In this document: positions 48,666 to 60,303 of the stretch, in pieces
How the letters are laid out: each line of letters starts with the position of its first letter
How positions within the stretch are numbered: position 1 is the first letter of the stretch
Assembly (NCBI RefSeq): GCF_018977255.1
Contig: NW_024704742.1
Coordinates: 70,558,001-70,622,000 of the forward strand
Length of the DNA stretch: 64,000 bases
DNA from: Callorhinchus milii
Taxonomy: Eukaryota
Direction of reading: 5' to 3'
Made by a program: the position numbers and the translations under genes
The notes under the pieces: model-generated
Told to the model about the DNA's origin: nothing
Seen by the model: the letters and a program-made list of their open reading frames with translations, nothing else
Database searches by the model: none

Positions 48666-49058
48666 AGCGATGTTTCGAAAGTGATAGAAAGCGGAGAGAG
48701 GCAGAGCAATGAAGGGGGTAAAGCGGTGGCAGGCAGGGAAGAAAGGCAGGCTGGTCGGACATAAAATACCCCTCCCCCCTCACGTGCACAACCTCCCCAC
48801 CCCCTCCCCCCCAGCCCCCACCCCTGAGGAAAAGCTATTAGCCCACAGATTTGTGTAGTCTCTCAAGAACAATTTGTCAAACTGTTGGCAGAGGGCGAGC
48901 TGAAGAGAAAAGCAATACCATGTGTGGGTGATTAGCCTGGGAAGGCTCAGCGTGTCTGGGCTCTATACTTCCACAAGTGCTTTAAGATGTTTTCACTCGC
49001 CCTCAAACCCACCATTACAATTCGGTTGGTTAACTCTGTAATGTCTTTCTGGAGTGGA

Positions 49059-49419
49059 GTGGAATCCCGTACCGTAGTGGTTAGAGCACTCTTCTCGCAA
49101 GCGAGAGGACCCGGGTTCAATTCCTGGGCGGACCTATAGGCAGGTTTACTCACTCAAAATGCCTGTTTACCTAGCAGTAAGTAGGAACTTGGTTGTTAGT
49201 TGGTTGGCGGATCTCTTTCTGGGGGTAATAAACCCTCCCCTTCAAAAAATTATTCACTCAATCCACGACCGTTTGTGGGACGCTGTTGTGCGCTATTGGC
49301 TGCCATGTTTCGCCCACAAAATATACAGTCAATTCACTTTTCAGTATATTCTGTGAAGCGCTTTGAGACGTCTCAACTACGTCTCAAGGCGCTATATCAA
49401 ATGCAAGGATTATTATTAT
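49059..49419 (+). mobile_element. SINE family A, full length
   Basis: All modules present. Confidence 0.9.
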
Positions 49420-49774
49420 ATTTCTCTGTACTGCATCATTATTGAATCTTTTCAGTACCTCAGGGTTGTGGTGGACACTAACTTCAGACTGGACACTGTC
49501 CTGAAGGACAGTGCTGAGAAGGGGTGTCAGGCAATCTGGTCATGCTCATCCCTCCTCAAGGATTCCCTTCGGTTTATAACACATCATTGCCCCAAATCCT
49601 GGATTACTAGTTACAATTGTTGCATTTAGGCATTTTTGGGGGGTCGGACAGGTGTCTGACACCCACGAAAACTCACAGAGTCACCAAACCCAGCTGAAAG
49701 TTCCACATTTGCCACCTACACACAGGAATTTCCCTGTGTCCAATGGGGGGGGAGGGAGTCTGTTTTAAGCGGGA

Positions 49775-51225
49775 ACACCACATTGTCGGAAGTGCCATTC
49801 TTTGGATGAGATGTTGAACTGAGCTCCCATCTGTGCCCTGTTCAGGCAGATATTAAAGATCCTGTGGCGCTGTTGGAAAAGAGAAGGGAGTTTCTCTCTC
49901 TCGCCCGGTGTCCTGGCCAACAATCCCCAGTTAAAACCAGTTGATTACTTCACTGCTGTTTGTGCAATGCATAAAACCTGCCTGCAACACAGTCACTACA
50001 CTTGACAATAAATCCTGCAAAGTGCTTGAAGACGTCCTGCTGACATGAAAGGCCCTGCATCCAATGCCAGAATTATTATTTTAAATCTTTAAAAATTAAC
50101 TCCCCCCTCCCCCACCCGCGAGTGTGATTTATTAGAAGGTGACTGAGGGTGTTCTGTACAGCTGGATATTTTTTTTACGTTAAACAGGAACAGATTTGTT
50201 ACTTTGGAAAACTATCAAACATAAGTGGAAATTTCCTCTACTCAGAACAGGGCTTATAAAGTTTCGCCCCACATATGGTTCCCTCTTCTGGTCTAATGGG
50301 ACTTTACAGTTCCTACAGGATGTTACAGACTGAGTGAGAAACCCATGCTCTTTCCCTCCCATTTTCCCTGTTTAAAATTTAACTCTTTCTCCTCTTTCCT
50401 GGCTCAGTCGGTAGCATTCTCATCTCTAAGTTAGAAGGTTGTTGGTTCAAGCCCCAGATCAGGACTTGGAATCACATAGTCTGAGCTGACACTCCAATCC
50501 AGTGTTGGGGTGTGGATTGCATCATCGGGTGCCGTCCTTCAGATGAGACATTAAACTGAGGTCCCATCTGCCTGTTCAGGTGGATGTTAAAGATCCTATG
50601 GCACTATTCGAAAAGAGAAGGGAGTTTCTTTCTCCCGGTTTCCTGGCTGATAATCCCCCGAATAATTTAAATGGCTGTTTGTTCGACAATGCTGTGTGCA
50701 ACGTTTCACTCACAAAATACAGTCAATCCACTTTACAGTATATCTCTCTCTCGCTGTCCTGTACTGAATCCCTCCCGCCCCTTATCCAAGGCCCGTCTCA
50801 AGACAGTGGGAGGGGGGAGAGAGGGAGTTGCCCTGGGATCTAACCCTCATGATGGCCAAATAGGTTTATTTTTAATCAGACGTCTGATCCGAAGGTTGTG
50901 GGTTCAAATCCCACATTGTCGGAGGAGCCGTCCTTCAGATGAGATGTTAAAATAAATTACCTGACTATGCCCTGTTCAATTGGACATTAATATCCTGTGG
51001 CGCTAATCTAAAAGAGAAGGGTGTTTCTCTCTCCTGGTGTCCTGGCTGACTAACCTCGATAAAATCAGTCGTTCACACCATGGCTGCTTGAGTGGAGGTC
51101 GCTGGCCTCAACTCAGCTGCTGCATTCATCCCCAAAACACACAGTCACTGCACTTTACAGTAAAATCCTGTGAAGCGCTTTGAGACATGGTAAGGTAGTG
51201 TATCAAATGCGAGGATTATTATATT
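49775..51225 (+). mobile_element. Three same-orientation SINE B copies (49775-50080, 50397-50742, 50880-51225)
   Basis: Each carries the Deu motif GATGAGAYRTT(A/G)AA..CCTGTTCARG..TTAA; a family C 3' end lies at 49633-49745 (-). Confidence 0.8.
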
Positions 51226-51669
51226 TTTGATGAAGCAAGAGGGTTAAAGGCGGGGGCTGGGGGAGGGGAAGGGGGAGGGAATGAGAAGCGAGTGCAGTTG
51301 TAGAGGAAATTCTATCCACTGAATTTTTGTTGTTTAGTGCCCAGGGACCTCAAAAGCACAAGCGATCGCACACGCAAAGCCTCTCCCAAGGGGTGCTTAT
51401 TTATGACGGTAATATAATTGTCTTAATAAACTCCATATCCCGGTCAAAAGAAAACAAATAAGTGGCATATTTATTAGACACTGAACGACAGGGTTTGGCT
51501 GGGAGCCCGGTACTAGGTACGCAGGTGTGACCGGGTACTAACACAAGCAGCTTTTAATTGTCTGTGGTCGGGCCCTCCTGCCTCTTCTCCTCCCATTCAC
51601 CAGAATTTTTGTGGTTGCTTCTTCTCGGCAGCACAGGAACTGAGGCTGTGGGGCAATCTTTTTATTCTG

Positions 51670-52128
51670 TCTTTCCGCAACATCGCCTGGCTCTCCTGAG
51701 GCCGCCAAAACTCTCATCCACACATTTATCACATCTAGGCTCGACTACACCAACTCCGTGCTTGTCAGCCTTCCCAACGCTTCTCTCCACAAGCTGCGGG
51801 TCATCCAGAACTCTGCAGCTCGTGTCCTCTCCTGCACCAGGTTCCGTGACCCCATCATCCCCACCCTTGCCCGGCTCCAATGGCTCCCCATCCCTCAGAG
51901 GATCGAGTCCTCGTCCTCACCTTCAAAGCCCTCCATGGCCTTGACCCGCTAACCCCTTATCAACCTGACCCCTCCCTCCGCTTAGCAGGCTCTGGCCTGC
52001 TCCATGTCCCACGCCTGGCCTGCCCCACCATCAACGGCCGGGCTTTCAACCTCTCTGCCCGCACCCTTTGGAACGCCATCCCACATTCCCCTTGCCTCGC
52101 TCCCTCCCTCGCCTCCTTCAAGGCACAA
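51670..52128 (+). mobile_element. L2 fragment joined to a SINE 3' part (52128-52335)
   Basis: LIHTFITSRLDY..HKLRVIQNSAARVLSCTRFRDPIIPTLARLQWLPIPQRIE..ARTLWNAIP. Confidence 0.88.
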
Positions 52129-52699
52129 CTTTTTCCCGGTCCCCTGGCCAACAATCCCCCCAAATAAAATTGGTCACTCACTCCTCAGTCGTTTGTAGGA
52201 TATTGCTCTGTGCCGCATTTCGTCCACAAAATTACACAGTCACTCCACTTAACAATATAATCTGTGAAGCTCTTTGAGACGACTCAATGATGTAATGAGG
52301 CGCTATATCAAATGTAAATGCAAGGATTATTATTTCAGGGAGACATGGGTCAGAGGTTAGCAGAGGTCACATTCAAAGCAGTCAATAGAGTGTTTAATAC
52401 TCAATGGAGAGAGGAATGTAGTGTAGATTGTGTATGTGTTTGGTGGGGGGGGGGCAATGAATTATGGCACATTTCATTACTGGGTGTTGTCTTAGCAGCA
52501 TAAGAGAAGTGGATACACATAAATAATAATAATTAATAGTGATAATAATAATAATCCTTGCATTTGATGCAGCCTTTTCATGTCGGGAGGGCATCTCAAT
52601 GCACTTCATAGGATATTCACCAAAGTGTGGTGACTGTGTGTTTTGTAGGCAAACTCAACAGATGACAGATTTAAAGGAAGACACTTTCCCTGGAGATTA

Positions 52700-53235
52700 A
52701 CAAACTCAGATAGTGGACACAGCTATCAGGAGAGAGTGGACAAGTCAGAGCTTTTCTCTCTGGAGTTGAGAGGATTGATAGGGGACCTGATCGAGAGCTT
52801 TAAGGTTATGAAAGGATTTGATAAGGTGAACGTTGATGGGCTGTTTGCACTTGATGGTGAGTCTATAACTAGAGGCTGTAAATATAAGCTCAACAACAAC
52901 AACAACAACAAGATTCCATTTATTGAGCGCCTTTTAAGCCGGGAGGACGTCCCAAGGCACTGTACAGTTGAGTCAGGACCCGAGCAAGGGGGAAATGGTC
53001 AGGGTGAGGGGAGGGAAGGGAGGGAGCGAGGAGGGGGTAGAGAGTCGAGAGGGGAGCTGAAGGCACGGTCAAAGAGCTCATCAGTAACACATCTCATAGG
53101 AAGTTTAGGAAGACTCCTTCACACAGAGGCTGGTGAGAATGTAGACTTCACTGACCAGAGCTGTGGTTGAAGCAGAAAGTATTGACGTATTTAAGAGGAA
53201 ACTTGATGCACACATGAGGGAGAGGGGAATAGAGG
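52700..53235 (+). mobile_element. CR1 C-terminal fragment split by a young L2 tail
   Basis: LFSLELRGLIGDLIESFKVMKGFDKV..TRGCKYKL; resumes FRRLLHTEAGE; followed by ~29 bp tandem repeats at 53220-53345. Confidence 0.82.
52893..53074 (-). mobile_element. Young L2 3' UTR with TSD AGCTCA
   Basis: Nearly identical to 38267-38545 but with a single copy of the ~44 bp unit; AGCTCA at 52887-52892 and 53075-53080. Confidence 0.92.
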
Positions 53236-53759
53236 AGTGTAGGCGAGGGTAATAGAGGGTTGTAGAAGAGGGGAATAGAGGGGTGTAAGAGAAGGGAATA
53301 AGGGGGTGTAGCAGATGGGAATAGAGAGGTGTAGGAGAGAGTGAGGTGGAGGCGGGGGGAGTGGACAACGCTTCTCTGGTGCTCAGTCCCCAGGAACAGG
53401 CAGACTCCATTCCCATCGTCAGTCTCTCCTTTTACTGCTCGCTCACCATTGGTATAAAATATTCATTCATCACCTTACTGAGGTTCATGACAAACAAGAG
53501 GACACCTGTGGAACACTCCCCAATCATTTTACACTTTAATCTCCTGCACATTGTGGAATCCTGTAGTGTAGTTGTTAGAGTACTTGCCTCACAAGTGAGA
53601 GTACATGGGTTCGATTCCCAGGCAGGGCGAAACTTTGACTTCTGCTGTTGACTTTTGCCCTCAAAACACATAGCCACTACATTTTGCAGTAAAGCGCTTT
53701 GAGCCATGATAAGGTGCTGTCCCAAATGAAACGATTATTACCGACTTTCTCCCAGTCAC

Positions 53760-54320
53760 AGCGCTCCAGCTGCAATAATCACACAGTGCACCCCTATTAT
53801 AACATGGCTGTCTGGGTCCAATATCTCAGATGCGTTATAACACAGCGAGAAAGATGGCCGACATCTGGGTCAAGAGGCCGCCAGAATTGTCACTTCCTGT
53901 GGCAGGGAGCGCTAAGGAGTGCCATTGATGTCACTCCCGCCATAGATATTATTAATAATAATAAATACTAATAATCAACAGCGAAAGATCAATGTTTTTT
54001 GAGAGCCGCTTGCAACCATTGCCTTTTCCACTTGAAACTAATTACACTGGGCTCCCTGAGATAGACCCGGGGGAAGGGCAGGCAAGGACTGTCATGCTGG
54101 AGTTCTCTAAAAAATACAAACAATCATTATACGCCCGCGCTGTAAAGACACTGGCCCTTTTCTTGTGTCTCGACCTTCTGTAATTAATACCCCAGGGCTC
54201 TGCTTTTGGAAAACGCTTGTCCTTTGGGTGCGTCCAGCTCTCGCCCACTAATTATAAAGGGGAAGGTAATGGACGAGATTGACAGCAATGGTTGCACTGT
54301 TAATTGTTTGTTCAGGCAAC
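53760..54320. promoter_or_regulatory. Candidate CNE/enhancer
   Basis: Unique and CpG-retaining; CTAATTA twice, TAATTAAT, TGACAG, AAGATGGC, TGTTAATTGTTTG. Confidence 0.45.
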
Positions 54321-54330
54321 ACCTGAACTG

Positions 54331-54687
54331 CGGAATCCCTGAGCATAGTGGTTAGCACGCTCGCCTCACAAGCAAGAAGACCCGGGTGGGGCGAAACCTT
54401 AAGCAAGTTTCCTTACTCCACACACCTCTGTTTACCTAGCCGTAAGCAGGGACCCGGCTGTTACTTGATTGGCGGATCGCTTTCCGGGGGTTATAATCCC
54501 CCCCAAAAAAACGTTTGGTCACTCAATCCATGACTGTTTGTGGGACACTTTTGTGTGCAATTGGCTGCCGGGTTTTGCTCACAAAGTATACAGTCAATTT
54601 ACTTTACAGTATATTCTGTGAAGCGCTTTGAGATGTCTCAAAGATGTGATAAGGCGCTATATCAAATGTAAGTATTATTATTGTTAT
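54331..54687 (+). mobile_element. SINE family A
   Basis: B-box partly deleted; body and tail intact. Confidence 0.88.
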
Positions 54688-55264
54688 AACCTGAAGACCA
54701 TAGGGAACCCTTTTCAAAGTCCACACCATCTCCTCTGCGTGGGGCATGGAGGCTTCCCCTCCCTCCTACCCCCTCCCCTCCCTCCACTATCTCCAAATCT
54801 TGAGATAGCACATGCTGGGGGAAAGTTGCATTGTCAGAGATGCCATCCTTTGGATGACACATTAAACCAACATCCGTCTGTGCCCTGTTCGGGTAGACGT
54901 TAAAGATCCTGCGGCACTATTCAAAAAGCAAAGGGAGTTTTTTTCCCTTCACTTCTGTTTTATGAGACATGGCTGTGCACAAATTGGCTGCCACAAAGTG
55001 CACAGTCAGTCAGACAGTCAATTGCAAGGACATTTGGACAGTGGGTCAGTCAGCGCTGTGGTTGAATTTTTGCAGATTTTGAGTGTCTAAGGAAACCATC
55101 CCAGGCGTTGCCCTGAGCCCTCCTGTGTGGAGCACAATCTTTCTGCGTGTGACACTCTGAGCAGGTCTGGAGAAATTTAAAACTGCGTTGATGACTGGAG
55201 ATCAAAACCTTAACCCCTTCACACAGAGCTGGGGTTGGGTTCGATTCACTGTGTTGCCACCCTT

Positions 55265-55460
55265 CACCTAATACTCTCCAGAATTAGGTAAGCAGAGTGA
55301 GTCCCTCCAGGGAGAGAGAGCGCATATTCCATTCCAACAATCTATCTTTGGAATTTCCATGTGTAGGTGGGATGCATGGAAATGTCAGTTTGGTTTGGAT
55401 ACTATAAAGCATGGTGATGGGTTTCCGCATGTGTCAAACAACCCGGTTGATCCAAAAAAA
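55265..55460 (+). mobile_element. Retroposon family C 3' end
   Basis: CCTAATACTCTCCAGAATTAGGTAAGC..GGTTTCCGCATGTGTCAAAC..GATCCAAAAAAA. Confidence 0.82.
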
Positions 55461-55536
55461 GTTGTGTTGACATGAGTGCCGAGTGGGGAAAAATCGACCA
55501 ATGTTACGGGACACTAGCAAGGACAACTGCACACAT

Positions 55537-55920
55537 GATTCTAAAATGCATGTTGGGCTAATTGCAATGGGCTATCAGTCCACCTCCCCTTTCAAATCTC
55601 TCTCTTAGCTACAACTATTGTTAAAACGCATATCCATTTTATGGGGTCTAAGCTGTGGCTTGCCCAACGGGATATTAGCCCAAAGCGCATTTTAAACCCT
55701 ATGTCAGTGTTAAGTTAAATCTTCTAATAGTTCAGTTTAATGGGCTATAAGCCCACGAGATATTAACCCAAAGTACATTTTAATCCCTCGTGCTTCAGTT
55801 TATCATGTCTCAAATGTGATTGGAGCTATTACCTCATAAAGTAGCATTGCTTCATTATTTTGAGTTTTAACTTAATACCCATAGGAACTGTTAGCCCAAT
55901 CCACATTTTAGACCCCGTAA
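55537..55920. repeat. Array of ~5 degenerate ~25-30 bp motifs in both orientations
   Basis: TTAGCCCAA-N4-CATTTTA-like units at about 55672, 55760 and 55889; inverted units at 55537-55563 and 55639-55662. Confidence 0.75.
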
Positions 55921-56046
55921 GGTTGAATTATATTCCGGTTTCTTGTAAGACGTTATGATAACAATAATAATAACTGAAGTATCCTCCTGGCACGGATGGC
56001 TGTATCAAATGCAGCGATTAATATAGTTTTAACAATAGTTATAATA

Positions 56047-56478
56047 TAAATAATAATATTCCTTGCATTTGATATAGCACCTTTCACATCGGGATGATTT
56101 ATTGTGAAATGCAATGATTGTGTGTTTTGTGGGCAAACACAGCAGCCAATCTGGGTGCAGCAATGTCCCACAAACAGCCATGATGTTGATGTGAATGGCC
56201 AATTTTTTATGGGAGCATTGTTGGCCAGGACACCGGTAGAGACAAAACTCCCTTCTCTTTTCGAATGGTGCCATGGGATCTTTAACGTCCAACCGAACAG
56301 ACAAACAGGACCTTGGTTTAATGTCTCATCAGAAGGACGGCACCTCCAACAATGCAGCGTCCTACCCAGAGCTGCAGCATTGCACTGGAGCGTCAGGGTA
56401 GACTGTGAGCTCAAAGTCCTTTGGAGTTTCAAACCACAACCTTCTGACTCAGAGATGAGAGTGCTATCGACTACAGTT
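56047..56478 (-). mobile_element. SINE family B, full length
   Basis: Tail, Deu domain and head on the reverse strand. Confidence 0.88.
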
Positions 56479-57282
56479 CTGGTGACATAAGGCCCTACAG
56501 GTAGTGCAGAGAAGAGCAACAAAGATGATCCCCAGAGGGGACTTTATAGAGGTGTATAATATTTTTTATGGGTTTGAAAAAGTAAACCCAGATCAATACT
56601 TTAGGATGTATCCTGACAGTAGAACAAGAGGACATAGGTTTAGAGAATTAACATGCAACTTCAGTAAAATCCTGTGATGTGCTTTGAGACATCCTCTCGA
56701 TGTGAAAGGTGTGTATCACATGGAAAGATTACTATTATTTATTTTATAATTATTATCATAACTATATTAATCCTTGCATTTGATACAGTCTTCCGCTTCA
56801 GGAGGACACTTCACATGGTTTACTGTAAAGTATAGTAACTATGTATTTTGTAGGCAACTTAGCTGGTGTATTTTAATATTATAATTAGAACTAAACTATT
56901 TAGTTTCACTGAGAAATATGATGCAATACAAATTTACACTTACCATACCACCTTTCACATCGAGAAGACCTCCCAAGGCTTGGTACCTGAGCTGGAGGTG
57001 GGAGCTGAGGGGGAGGGGAAAGATGAACAAAAGCATGGTCAATGAGGAATAATAACAATAATATTCCTTGTATTAGATATAGCACGTTTCACGTCTTCTA
57101 GACGTCTCAAAGCGCTTCATGCAATACACTGTAAAGTCAATTGACTGTACATTTGTGGATAAAACGCTGTAGCCAATTGCACTCAGCAGTGTCCTACAAA
57201 CAGTCGTGGATTGAGGGACCAAAGTATTATTGTTCCTTTTGAGGGATTATTATCCGCGAGAAAGCTATCCGCCAATTGACTG

Positions 57283-57550
57283 GCCTCCTGCTTGTCCCTT
57301 GTCCCCTCCGCTCCATAGTCGTCAGACGCTCTTTCAGTTACTACATCTCAAAGCTTTGGAACTCTCTCCCTCAGTCCCTACGTCTTGCCCCCTCTTTTAG
57401 ATTATGACTGAAGACCTTCCTCTTCGACCGTGCTTGCAGTTACCTTCTCCCTCAGCCCGGCTCAGGATCAGGCTCCGCCATGGTTAAGCGCTCCGGGACA
57501 CTGCCCTGCGTGAAGGGTTCGATAAAAATGCAAATTGTTATTGTTATTAT
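57283..57550 (+). mobile_element. L2 3' fragment (second subfamily)
   Basis: KLWNSLPQSLRLAPS..LKTFLFDRA; tail; preceded by a SINE A 3' part at 57048-57280 (-). Confidence 0.82.
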
Positions 57551-57823
57551 AGATCTTGAGACAGGACTTGAACAAGGGGAGGAAGGAAATCCTTCACATT
57601 GTAAACCACTAAGAGTTAACTAGAACTCTGAGAAGGAGTTGAGTGTCGTGTGCAATAAGATATCTCTTCAAAGCCCACAGAAGAAATGTGGAAAGTGTAA
57701 AACCCAAACAAAGGGCCTCTTGTGAAGTCATTGACATTTTATTGTTAAGATATATGTATAAATTTTGTTTGAAAAAAAGACTTTTTCACGTATCGCGAGC
57801 ACGTTTGAGGAGCCTGAGGCGTA

Positions 57824-57837
57824 AGTTCAAAAGTTCA
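57824..57837 (+). promoter_or_regulatory. Perfect DR2 nuclear-receptor element (RARE-like) in unique DNA
   Basis: AGTTCA-AA-AGTTCA. Confidence 0.45.
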
Positions 57838-57934
57838 CTCACATCGGTATTTTAATGGTCAGCCCGGTGTGTCAGTGGCAGAAATTCCTGAGCATTGAAT
57901 GTCTGCGTAGTCTGTTTCACTCAAATATATTGTG

Positions 57935-58083
57935 CAGGGTGTCCACAAAATCCCATTACCCTCTTTTATTTTCTACAGTGCATTAACCAACAACTGAAGC
58001 ATGTGGGAGAATGATGATAGTCATATTTAGAGGTACTTAATTGTATTCAGTACAGAGGGTAACAGGACTTTGTGGATACCCTG
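57935..58083. mobile_element. Tc1/mariner-type MITE, 149 bp
   Basis: 30-bp TIRs CAGGGTGTCCACAAAATCCCATTACCCTCT / AGAGGGTAACAGGACTTTGTGGATACCCTG; flanks TG and TA; interior homologous to the reverse complement of 5460-5550. Confidence 0.85.
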
Positions 58084-58207
58084 TACTTAAATGCTGTGAT
58101 GGGAGGTGATAGGGTGGATGTTCTGGAGGATGAAATCAAATGGGCCAAGGATCTTCTTCATCCAAATCAATCTCATGGCTTTGTATAATCAAAGGGCCCT
58201 ATGTCAC

Positions 58208-58588
58208 GGGGTCCCGCAGTTTAGTGATTAATGCACTCGCCTCGCAAACAAGAAGAGCCGGGTTTGATTCCTGGGCAGGGTGAAACCTTAGGCAAGTTTC
58301 TTTACTCCACATGCCTCTGTTTACCGAGCAATAAGTAGGAACCCAGTTGTTAGATGATTGGTGGATCGCTTTCCAGGGTAATAATAAGTAAATAATACGT
58401 AAATAATAATAATTTGGTCACTCAATCCATGACTGTTTGTGGGACACTGCTGTGTACAATTGGCTGCTAAATTTCACACCTAAAATACACAGTCACTCCA
58501 CTTTATAAAACAGTATACCCTGTGAAGCTCTTTGAGATGTCTCAACAAGGTGATAAGACGCTGTATCAAATGCAAGTATTATTATTAT
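58208..58588 (+). mobile_element. SINE family A, full length
   Basis: All modules present. Confidence 0.9.
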
Positions 58589-59148
58589 GTGTGTGGGCTG
58601 GGCCTGTGTTTAGGCTGGAACGTGTGTGTGGGCAGGTCTCAATGAATAAAAACATTTGTTGGTTCAAACAGCTTCATGAGTTCATGAGACAAAGGGATGA
58701 GAAGTTGAACGAACAGCGCGACTGACGTTATAAAGTCTAATCCTTCCATTGTTCATCGAAAAAAATCTCATAAAAGGACACAAGAGGATATTAGGGCCTG
58801 TCGGGCCCATCTCATCGCTGAACGATTTTCTGTCAGGTTTGCATCAAATTAACAACCATTGACAACAGAAGCCTCTCGCTGGGGTGAACTTACACTTCAG
58901 GTCAGCAGAAATCCAATAGCAGCATCTTCCTCACAACAATGCGCAAGTTTTTTGGGGGAGTGGGGGGCGAGTTGTGAGGAGGAGGACGGGTTGTGGTGGG
59001 GCGGGGGGGGAAACATTGGCCAGATTGAAAAATCTTTCGGAAGTTAGTTTTGCAGGTTAGCCACAGTAATAATAGTAAATAAGTTGTGTGTAATGGCCAT
59101 GGGATTCGATTAATCACTTCTGGGTGAGTAATCCTTGCATTCGATATA

Positions 59149-60303
59149 ACAACAACAACAATTTGCACTTATTTAGCGCCTTCTACGCCCAGCCATGTCT
59201 CAGAGCGCTTAACAATGGTGGAGCCTGATGCCGAGCCAGGGGGAGGGGAAGGTGACCATAGGCACGATCGAAGAGGAAAATCTTCAGCCACAACCTGAAA
59301 ATGGGGAAAGAGGTGGCACGGTGAAGGGATTGAGGAAAGGAGTTCCATAGGTTTGGGGCATAGGGCTGAAGGCACAGCCGTCGATGGTGGAGCGGAGGAT
59401 TCGTGAGACAAAGGAGGAGGCCGGATCCAGTAGAGGGGAGGCAGCGGGTTGTGCTTTGAGGAGAGAGGTGGTTGGAGAGAAAGTGGGGAGCCAAGATGTG
59501 GAAGGATTTAAACACTAGAGTGAAGATCTTAAAGTTGATTCACTCTGTGACAGGGAGTCAGTGGAGTTTGGCAAGAACTGGGGTATTCGGGTTGTAGGGT
59601 TTAGTGCGGGTGAGAATGGGGACGGCGGAGTTTTGGATGAGCTGAATTTTGTAAATAGTGGAGGAGGGGAGACCAGCAAGGAGGGTGTTAGAGGAGTCCA
59701 GCTGAGAGATGACGAATGCGTGGACAAGGGTTTCGGCAGAATGAGGTATTATCGGATACGGGTAATGTGGCGGTGGTGGAGGAAAGCGGTGCTGGTCAGA
59801 GACTGGATGTGAGGGAGGAAGGGTAACTGGGGATCGAACCTGACGCCTAAGTTGCGCACGGGTTCAGAGAGTTTTAAGGACAGATTGCCTAGGTCGAAGA
59901 GTTCGGTACCACAGGACAGAAGATGTTGATGGGAGCCAAAGAATGTGGCTTTCATCTTATTGACATTTAACTGCAAAAAGTTTGAGCTCATTCACGCCTT
60001 GTCTGTTAGACAAGTTGTCAGAACATCAGAGGACTGGGGGTCGCAGCTGGAGAAGTAGAGTCGAGTGTCATCCACATACAGGTGGAAATTAATCCCATGT
60101 CTGACATCACCGAGAGGGAGCATATAGAAGAGGAAGAGAAGGGGACGAAGGATGGAGCCTTGGGGTAGCCTGCAGGTGACCAGGTCGGGGCGAGAAGAGA
60201 AACCTTTTGCGGAAATGTAGTGCTAGTGGTTTGTAAGGCATGACTCAAACCAAGCGAGTGCAGTCCCACTAAGGTGGACGATAGAGGAGAAGCAGTGCAG
60301 TAG
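59149..60303 (-). mobile_element. L2 LINE 3' 1.15 kb nested in a SINE A tail
   Basis: GYPQGSILRPLLF, HLYVDDTRL, NFLQLNVNK, VRNLGVRFDPQL; the SINE tail is split at GATATA (59143) / GATACA (60304). Confidence 0.9.

Noticed and set aside
55537..55920. CRISPR-like array interpretation of the motif cluster
   Set aside because: Repeats are degenerate, in mixed orientation and irregularly spaced; reported instead as an unexplained motif array.
58882..58904. Hox-type DR5 RARE (GGGTGA..AGGTCA)
   Set aside because: The spacer is 11 nt (ACTTACACTTC). It would be DR5 only by assuming a 6-nt duplication, which I cannot support.
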